Shown here: one piece after another, positions 36,693 to 43,604 of the stretch | Position numbering within the stretch: position 1 is the first letter of the stretch | Layout: each line of letters starts with the position of its first letter | NCBI GenBank assembly: GCA_024635865.1 | Contig: JAGXIB010000086.1 | Span: forward strand, 1-46,435 | Source: Flavobacteriales bacterium | GTDB taxonomy: Bacteria > Bacteroidota > Bacteroidia > Flavobacteriales_D > Parvicellaceae | Direction: 5' to 3' | DNA: 46,435 bases | The notes under the pieces: generated by a model | What the model was told of the DNA's origin: nothing | Database searches by the model: none | What the model saw: the letters and a program-made list of their open reading frames with translations, nothing else | Translations under genes and position numbers: made by a program

Positions 36693-38462
36693 TTAGTTAT
36701 TAACTCCCTCTACCAATTGTTTTAAATATAGCTCAGAGTAAAACGCTCCATTTTTGATTAGTTCTTCATGACTTCCCTGTTCCACTAGTTTTCCATTGTC
36801 AAACAACATAATAATATCAGCTTCAATTAATGTAGAAATACGATGGCCTATCAAAACAGCAGTCTTTCCATCCATAATTTTAGAAAGATTACTTAATATT
36901 TCCTCTTCAGTTTGAGTATCTACCGCAGATAAACAGTCATCAAAAATCATGTAATCTGGAGACTTAATTATCGCTCTAGCAATAGAGAGTCGTTGCTTCT
37001 GACCTCCAGACAAAGTCACTCCCTTCTCTCCTATCTGAGTTTCAAATCCATTTTCAAAAGCTACAATATTATCATAAACATCTGCATCTTTAGCTGCTTG
37101 AAAAACAAGATCCTCTTCAACTGTACTTTTTTTTAAACCAAAAGAAATATTATTTGCTACAGAATCGGAAAATAAAAACACCTCTTGAGGGACATAACCG
37201 AAAGCAGTTCTTAAAGCGGCTAAACTATAAGACTTAATATTAATCCCATTAATCAAAATTTCTCCTTCTGTAACATCATATAGACGACACAATAAATTAG
37301 CAATAGTTGACTTTCCACAACCTGTTTTTCCGGTAATACCAACTGTTTTTCCTTCTGGAATAATGAAACTCACATGATCTAATGCTAAAATTCCACTTGC
37401 AGGGTATTTAAAACTTACATTGTTAAATTCTATGTCCCCTTTAATTTCTGTTATCGGATTTTCAGCAGAGACAATTTTACTATCAAGCTCTAAAAATTCA
37501 TTCAATCTTGTTTGAGAAGCGGCGGCTCTTTGAACTAGAGAAGTGACCCATCCAACAGATGCAAAAGGCCAAGTCAACATATTTACATACAAAATAAATT
37601 GCACAATAATGCCTGAGGTAATGGTACCATCAATAGCTTTTAATCCACCAATATAAATTGTAATGATCGTACTGAGGCCAATCAGCAGAATAATTACTGG
37701 CATAAAGAAGGCATTAGTTTTTGCCAAACTTAAATTAGCAATTTGATAATTGTACGTTTCCTCTTCAAACTCATCTACAAAGTGCTTACTTCTATTGTAT
37801 GCTTTTAAGACTCTAATTCCTGAAATTTTTTCTTGGACAAAAGAAGATAACCGAGATTGTGATTTTTGAACTTCCTCACTTTTTCTATTAATAACACTAC
37901 TCACCTTATAAACTAAAAAAGACATAATAGGAAGAGGTACTAATACATAGAGTGTTAACTCTACATTAATTCGAAGCATAACAGTAATCACCATTACAAA
38001 TAGCACAACTAAGTTAATGGTATACATAATTGCAGGCCCCAAATACATCCGAACCCTACTCACATCTTCACTAATTCTATTCATGATATCTCCTGTTTTA
38101 TTTTTCTTATAAAAAGATAAATCCAACGATTGATATTTATTATAAATTTCATTCTTTAAGTCATATTCAATTAACCTAGACATAATAATGATCGTCTGAC
38201 GGGTAAAAAACAGAAAAACTCCTTTCATAAAAGAAAGTAATACGTATATTCCAGCTAAATAGAGGGCAAGGTTTGTAATGTTATTATCCCCTTTATTTTG
38301 ATCACTAGTTTTAGCATAACCCATTATTTGATCTGTAGCTTCTCTAACCAATTCTGGCATATAAACTCCAAATAGATTAGACGCTATAATAAAAACTGAG
38401 CCCAATAGTAATCTCCATTTGTACTTTATTAAATATTTATTTAGGTAAAATAATGACTTCAC
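36693..38462 (-). CDS. ABC transporter, fused permease/ATPase (MsbA-like exporter)
   Basis: Six TM helices, then Walker A GKTGCGKST, signature LSGGQKQRLSIARA and Walker B MIFDDCLSAVD. GTG start. Confidence 0.9.
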   Translation of the reverse strand: MKSLFYLNKYLIKYKWRLLLGSVFIIASNLFGVYMPELVREATDQIMGYAKTSDQNKGDNNITNLALYLAGIYVLLSFMKGVFLFFTRQTIIIMSRLIEYDLKNEIYNKYQSLDLSFYKKNKTGDIMNRISEDVSRVRMYLGPAIMYTINLVVLFVMVITVMLRINVELTLYVLVPLPIMSFLVYKVSSVINRKSEEVQKSQSRLSSFVQEKISGIRVLKAYNRSKHFVDEFEEETYNYQIANLSLAKTNAFFMPVIILLIGLSTIITIYIGGLKAIDGTITSGIIVQFILYVNMLTWPFASVGWVTSLVQRAAASQTRLNEFLELDSKIVSAENPITEIKGDIEFNNVSFKYPASGILALDHVSFIIPEGKTVGITGKTGCGKSTIANLLCRLYDVTEGEILINGINIKSYSLAALRTAFGYVPQEVFLFSDSVANNISFGLKKSTVEEDLVFQAAKDADVYDNIVAFENGFETQIGEKGVTLSGGQKQRLSIARAIIKSPDYMIFDDCLSAVDTQTEEEILSNLSKIMDGKTAVLIGHRISTLIEADIIMLFDNGKLVEQGSHEELIKNGAFYSELYLKQLVEGVNN

Positions 38463-38554
38463 TTGCTCTTTGTTTATGTTTCACACTGAAAATCAGTGAC
38501 TAAAAAGATTATATTTTTTTAACGAATTTGCTGAGCTACTTATTTACTTTATGT

Positions 38555-38562
38555 TATTTTTG
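38555..38562 (+). promoter_or_regulatory. Candidate Bacteroidota -7 box (TATTTTTG = TAnnTTTG) upstream of the dehydrogenase gene
   Basis: Exact match to TAnnTTTG, 59 nt upstream of ATG 38621. An upstream TTTG (38527-38530) is 24 nt away, which is longer than the ~19-nt optimum I recall. Confidence 0.3.
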
Positions 38563-38620
38563 TAGATAAGTAGTTAGACGATGCAAAAATAGTTAACATT
38601 CTTACAAATCAATAATAAAA

Positions 38621-39715
38621 ATGGAAGTTAAAAATATTTCTGATGTCCAAAACGATGAATTAGGAGTTTTGGGACAAATGACAAATATGGGACATGAGCA
38701 AGTTTTATTTTGTCAAGATAAACAAGCTGGGTTAAAAGCAATAATAGCTGTTCATAATACAGTTTGTGGTCCTGCACTTGGAGGAACAAGAATGTGGAAT
38801 TATACTTCTGAAGCTGAAGCACTAAAAGATGTTTTAAGACTTTCTAGAGGAATGACTTATAAAAATGCCATTTCTGGATTAAACTTAGGAGGTGGTAAAG
38901 CTGTAATTATTGGTGACTCTAGAAAACAAAAATCAGAAGCTTTATTTAGAAGGTTCGGTCAATTTGTAGATAGTTTAGCTGGGAAATATATTACAGCTGA
39001 AGATGTCGGTATTTCTCCTCAAGATATGACTTGGGTTAACATGGAAACAAATCATGTTTCAGGATTACCCGGTAAAAGTGGAGATCCATCTCCTGTAACT
39101 GCTTTTGGAGTTTATATGGGAATGAAAGCTTCTGCTAAAATTCAATTTGGTTCTGACTCATTGAAGGGAAAGAAAATTGCTGTTCAAGGAGTTGGTCATG
39201 TTGGGGAATATTTAGTACAACACCTACAAAAAGAAGGTGCAGAAATATACATTTCAGACATTCACGAAGATACACTTAAACATGTAGCCTCTACTTATGG
39301 AGCAACTGCTGTTGGATTAGATGAAATCTATGATATAGACATGGATGTTTATGCTCCTTGTGCATTAGGAGCTACTATAAACGATTCTACTTTAGCCCGT
39401 TTAAAGTGCAGTATTATTGCTGGAGCTGCAAACAATCAACTAGAGAACGAATTCAAACATGGAGAGGCAGTAAGAGAAAAAGGAATTATTTACGCTCCTG
39501 ATTTCTTAATTAATGCTGGTGGAGTTATGAATTGCTACGGAGAAGTATACAATATTCCTAATGATAGAATTATGACCATGGCTGAAGACATTTACAATAC
39601 TACTCTAGGGATTATCAATAAATCTAGGGATGAAGGAATACCAACCTATTTAGCTGCGAATAGAATGGCTGAGGAAAGAATAAAACAATTAGCACACATA
39701 AAACAATACTTCTAA
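38621..39715 (+). CDS. Leucine/valine/phenylalanine dehydrogenase (Glu/Leu/Phe/Val dehydrogenase family)
   Basis: GPALGGTRMW, GLNLGGGKAVI (catalytic Lys) and the Rossmann motif VQGVGHVG. Confidence 0.88.
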   Translation: MEVKNISDVQNDELGVLGQMTNMGHEQVLFCQDKQAGLKAIIAVHNTVCGPALGGTRMWNYTSEAEALKDVLRLSRGMTYKNAISGLNLGGGKAVIIGDSRKQKSEALFRRFGQFVDSLAGKYITAEDVGISPQDMTWVNMETNHVSGLPGKSGDPSPVTAFGVYMGMKASAKIQFGSDSLKGKKIAVQGVGHVGEYLVQHLQKEGAEIYISDIHEDTLKHVASTYGATAVGLDEIYDIDMDVYAPCALGATINDSTLARLKCSIIAGAANNQLENEFKHGEAVREKGIIYAPDFLINAGGVMNCYGEVYNIPNDRIMTMAEDIYNTTLGIINKSRDEGIPTYLAANRMAEERIKQLAHIKQYF

Positions 39716-39740
39716 AACGTTAGAAGTCAAAAAAATAAAT

Positions 39741-40688
39741 ATGCTTAATAGAAGACATTTAAGAATAAAAGTATTGCAAACTCTTTATGCTTTTTCACAA
39801 TCTCAAAATACCAACTTGGTTGCTGGAGAAAAAGAATTACTGCATGGAGTAGATAGAATGTACGATTTGTATATTTATTATTTAACCATGTTCGACAGCT
39901 TTACTCATTTTGCTGAACTTAGAATTGAAGAAGCTAAAAGAAAAAAATTTACGAAAGAAGAGGATTTAAACCCAAATTTAAAGTTCGTAAACAATCGTTT
40001 TATTGCCTTATTAAAAGAAAATAAAGCCATAAAAGATGCTTCTATCAATACAAAAATTAATTGGAGCGGAGATGTTGAACAGGATGTTCTAGTAAAACTT
40101 TATAATTCGTTTATTAAAAATGAAATTTATATCGAATACATGGAGTCTAAAGAGCAGTCTTTTGAAGAAGACAAAAAGTTCATCATTAAATTATTTAAAA
40201 AAGAGATTTGTAATTTTGAATTACTAATCCATTACTTTGAAGAAAAGAGTATCTATTGGCAAGATGATATCGACTTAGTTTGCTCTATGGTAATTAAAAC
40301 GTTAAAAACTTTTAAATCTCCAGAAGATACAGAAAAAGCTATTCTTCCATTGTATAAAGATGATGAAGAAGATTTTATCAAAAAACTATTCAGGAAAGCA
40401 TTAGACAATCTCACTGATAATTATGCTATTATTGCGGAGCATACCCGTAATTGGGAGTCGGATAGAATTGCATTAATGGACCGACTATTAATGAACTTAG
40501 CCATTACTGAAGCCCAGGTTTTTCCATACATCCCCACAAATGTTACTTTAAACGAATACATAGAGATTTCTAAATTCTATAGCACTCCTAAAAGCAATAG
40601 CTTTATCAATGGTATTTTAGATAAGATTTTTTCTGACATGCAAAAAGAGGGTACGATCAAAAAGGTTGGAAGAGGATTAATTAAATAA
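39741..40688 (+). CDS. nusB: Transcription antitermination factor NusB (long Bacteroidota form)
   Basis: RRHLRIKVLQTLYAF at the N-terminus. The C-terminal NusB core reads WESDRIALMDRLLMNLAITE...INEYIEISKFYSTPKSNSFINGILDKI. Confidence 0.88.
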   Translation: MLNRRHLRIKVLQTLYAFSQSQNTNLVAGEKELLHGVDRMYDLYIYYLTMFDSFTHFAELRIEEAKRKKFTKEEDLNPNLKFVNNRFIALLKENKAIKDASINTKINWSGDVEQDVLVKLYNSFIKNEIYIEYMESKEQSFEEDKKFIIKLFKKEICNFELLIHYFEEKSIYWQDDIDLVCSMVIKTLKTFKSPEDTEKAILPLYKDDEEDFIKKLFRKALDNLTDNYAIIAEHTRNWESDRIALMDRLLMNLAITEAQVFPYIPTNVTLNEYIEISKFYSTPKSNSFINGILDKIFSDMQKEGTIKKVGRGLIK

Positions 40689-40692
40689 GCTA

Positions 40693-41838
40693 ATGATTAT
40701 GGGAACTTCTTTAAAATCATTTTTAATCATATTTTCACTACTTTTTTCGTTTCACTCATGTAAACCTAAAGGGTGTACCGATAGTAATGCTTCAAACTAC
40801 GACAGCAAAGCAAAAAAGGATGATGGATCTTGCCTTCTTGAACAAACGACAGGAAGTTCTGTTCTTTCACCAATAAGTGACTCATCAACTATATTAGGCT
40901 ACAACCTCTTAGAGAAGTTACCTGGGATATGGAATGGTCCTGTAACTTCACCAACTCCATTAGGCAGTTACCCTGAATGGATTGTTGATTTTAGACCAAT
41001 TTCAGCTTCACAAGTTTCTGCGAAGAATGAATTAGACTCTATAAATGATATTTTTATGAGTTTTTTTACTGTAAAGCATAATAATGAATACAAAATAGCA
41101 TTTAGAAACGGAGGTGGTTTTGCTGGGTCTGTTCGCAATGCCTATCAAGTCTTAGAAAGTTTTAATGAAACTCCATCAGCATCCTATTATAAATTTGTAG
41201 ATCCAGAAGCTGGGGAAAACAGAGTTTATACAGACATTACTTTTAAACAAGACAGCTTAATCATGCATGTTTTTACTAATCAATTCAATACATTATCAAC
41301 AGCTGTTACGCACATGAAGTGGAACGCAAAATTAAAAGACTTGACTTCTACTCAAAATGCTATTAACTTATTTAATTACCCTAAAAAAGAAATGACTAAA
41401 GACTTTACAACTACTTTTGATGGGCAAACAGATGCTGTTTTTTATTCTACCTCTTCTGACCCATATCCAGAAAGCGAACAACCTTATTTGGGTAACTCTA
41501 CCATAAACATAACAATTACCAATCCTACCAATATAAACCCTAGTAATAAAGTCCTTGTTATTCTTACTACTCAACCTTTATTTAATAACTTTACATTTCT
41601 TACTGCTAATTTAAAATATAGATCTCGCTATGTTTTTGTTGATGCAAAGGTTAATACTAGTTTTAACTTTAACTATATGCATCCGGGAACATATTACGTA
41701 AACACAATATATGACAACAATGGAGATTATAGTTTTTCAAGTGGTGATTACATGAACAGTAATGTTGATGTGCCATTAACATTGACCAATAAAGGAACTA
41801 CAAATACAAACGTAACAATAGATTTTCAAATCCCTTAA
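40693..41838 (+). CDS. Two-domain lipoprotein: Cys-bracketed N-terminal module, lipocalin-like domain (GIWNG) and C-terminal beta-sandwich-like domain
   Basis: Lipobox FSFHSC, followed by KPKGCTDSNASNYDSKAKKDDGSC. LPGIWNGPVTSP resembles the lipocalin GxW start. The C-terminus contains HPGTYYVNTIYDNNGDYSFSSGDY. Confidence 0.6.
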   Translation: MIMGTSLKSFLIIFSLLFSFHSCKPKGCTDSNASNYDSKAKKDDGSCLLEQTTGSSVLSPISDSSTILGYNLLEKLPGIWNGPVTSPTPLGSYPEWIVDFRPISASQVSAKNELDSINDIFMSFFTVKHNNEYKIAFRNGGGFAGSVRNAYQVLESFNETPSASYYKFVDPEAGENRVYTDITFKQDSLIMHVFTNQFNTLSTAVTHMKWNAKLKDLTSTQNAINLFNYPKKEMTKDFTTTFDGQTDAVFYSTSSDPYPESEQPYLGNSTINITITNPTNINPSNKVLVILTTQPLFNNFTFLTANLKYRSRYVFVDAKVNTSFNFNYMHPGTYYVNTIYDNNGDYSFSSGDYMNSNVDVPLTLTNKGTTNTNVTIDFQIP

Positions 41839-41847
41839 TTTAATAAC

Positions 41848-42285
41848 ATGATAAAAATAGTTATACTTACTCTTCTGACTTCTACACTTCTAACCAACTG
41901 TAGGTTAACAGACAAGAACGAAAACAGACCTGTTACTTCTGACATGATTAGTCCAGATCCAGAAAATGCTCCTGTTATGACTTTTGAAAGTGAAGTCTAT
42001 GAGTTTGAAGATATGGCGGTAGGTTCTACCATCAAACACTCTTTTAAATTTGAAAATACTGGTAAATCTGCTTTATTATTGTTCGATGTAAAAGCCTCTT
42101 GTGGTTGTACCGTTTTAAAAGGTTGGCCTAAAGAGCCAGTTGCTCCTGGAGAAACTGCAGAAATTCCATTTGAATTTACTCCAAACGTAACTGGTAAAAA
42201 TGAAAAAACAGTTTCAATCGTAGCTAATACTATCCCATCTACCAAAAAACTATCTATAAAAGGTATGGTAGTAGGACAAAACTAA
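41848..42285 (+). CDS. DUF1573 domain lipoprotein
   Basis: HSFKFENTGKSALLLFDVKASCGCTVLKGWPKEPVAPGETAEIPFEFTP is the DUF1573 pattern with its CGCT motif. The N-terminal signal has a Cys (LLTNC). Confidence 0.8.
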   Translation: MIKIVILTLLTSTLLTNCRLTDKNENRPVTSDMISPDPENAPVMTFESEVYEFEDMAVGSTIKHSFKFENTGKSALLLFDVKASCGCTVLKGWPKEPVAPGETAEIPFEFTPNVTGKNEKTVSIVANTIPSTKKLSIKGMVVGQN

Positions 42286-42317
42286 AATTTAAAATCTAAA
42301 AAATTAAAACAAACAAA

Positions 42318-42629
42318 ATGAACTTAACTTTATTACAAGCAGCAGGAGGAAACGGAGGAATGTTAAACATTATAATGATCGTTGCGATGTTTGTGGTTTT
42401 CTATTTCTTTATGATTAGACCACAACAAAAGAAGAAAAAAGAATTAGAAAAATATATTTCTGAAATTAAACAAGGAGATGCAATTATCACTTTGGGTGGA
42501 ATACACGGAAAAGTAACTACAGTAAATGACACTACAGTTGTTATTGCTTGTGAAGGCGGATCTAAATTCAAAGTAGAAAAAAGCGCAATTGTTTCTGACG
42601 CTTCAGCGATCATGAATACATCAAAATAA
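42318..42629 (+). CDS. yajC: Preprotein translocase subunit YajC
   Basis: A single TM helix, then FYFFMIRPQQKKKKE and GDAIITLGGIHGKV. Confidence 0.9.
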   Translation: MNLTLLQAAGGNGGMLNIIMIVAMFVVFYFFMIRPQQKKKKELEKYISEIKQGDAIITLGGIHGKVTTVNDTTVVIACEGGSKFKVEKSAIVSDASAIMNTSK

Positions 42630-42630
42630 A

Positions 42631-43215
42631 ATGATTAAAATTGGGCTAACTGGAGGAATTGGAAGTGGAAAAACTACTGTGGCTTCTATTTTCAGTTCTT
42701 TTGGAATTCCTATCTATGATTCTGACTTACGCGCTAAGTACTTAATGAATCATAATGACGAATTAATCGAATCGATTAAAGAGCTACTTGGAGAAGATGC
42801 ATACACAGGGAAACAATTAAATAAAGAATATGTTTCTAGTCAAGTATTTACTAATCCTGAAGTACTTCAGCAACTCAATCAATTAGTACATCCAAAGGTT
42901 GCTCAAGATTTTAACAACTGGTGTCATGAACACAAAAATGAACCTTTTGTAATAAAAGAAGCTGCTATTTTGATAGAAAGTAAAGCTTATCTTTCGCTTG
43001 ATATAATAATTGTAGTAAACGCACCTTTAGTCGTTCGAATTAATAGAGTGATGCAACGAGACAATGCAGAATTGGAAGCTGTTAGGGCACGTATGAATAA
43101 TCAAATTAGTGAAAGCGAACGAAATTCTTATGCTGATTATATTATAAATAATGATGGGAAATCTTCTTTGATTGAACAGGTCAAAAAAGTGATTGAGGAA
43201 TTAAAAAACACCTAA
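42631..43215 (+). CDS. coaE: Dephospho-CoA kinase
   Basis: IGLTGGIGSGKTTVA, DSD and VHP. Confidence 0.92.
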   Translation: MIKIGLTGGIGSGKTTVASIFSSFGIPIYDSDLRAKYLMNHNDELIESIKELLGEDAYTGKQLNKEYVSSQVFTNPEVLQQLNQLVHPKVAQDFNNWCHEHKNEPFVIKEAAILIESKAYLSLDIIIVVNAPLVVRINRVMQRDNAELEAVRARMNNQISESERNSYADYIINNDGKSSLIEQVKKVIEELKNT

Positions 43216-43227
43216 TCATTTATTTTT

Positions 43228-43467
43228 TTAAAGACACTCCACCACCTTAATTTTAATTTTAAAGGCGTCGTTTTTGCGTAAGCTAAGATTGTAACCTGCA
43301 ACTTCTATGGCAATAGGATCTCCTAAAGGAGCAGTAGCTAATAAACGAACTTCCTCCCCTACTACACAACCCATTTCCATCAGACGAAAAGATAATTTCC
43401 CTCCTTCTATTTCTTGTATAATCCCGATTTCATTTTTCTTAATCTCAGATAAAGGTTTATTGCTCAT
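43228..43467 (-). CDS. feoA: FeoA-domain protein (stand-alone)
   Basis: 79 aa, GIIQEIEGG..SFRLMEMGCVVGEEVRLLATAPLGDPIAIEVAGYNLSLRKNDA is the FeoA SH3-like pattern. Confidence 0.85.
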   Translation of the reverse strand: MSNKPLSEIKKNEIGIIQEIEGGKLSFRLMEMGCVVGEEVRLLATAPLGDPIAIEVAGYNLSLRKNDAFKIKIKVVECL

Positions 43468-43575
43468 ATTAGGTTGAGTTTTGGTATTGATAATCGAAAC
43501 TCTAAGTTAGTCAATTTTAACAAACTCGCATATGAATTAAAGTCACATTTGCTATCACTAGCAAATTATAATTGG

Positions 43576-43583
43576 TATTTTTG
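43576..43583 (+). promoter_or_regulatory. Candidate -7 box (TATTTTTG) upstream of ccsBA
   Basis: Exact TAnnTTTG match 22 nt upstream of ATG 43605. An upstream TTTG at 43547-43550 is 25 nt away, which is longer than optimal. Confidence 0.3.
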
Positions 43584-43604
43584 TATTCTGAAATTAAAGA
43601 GATA

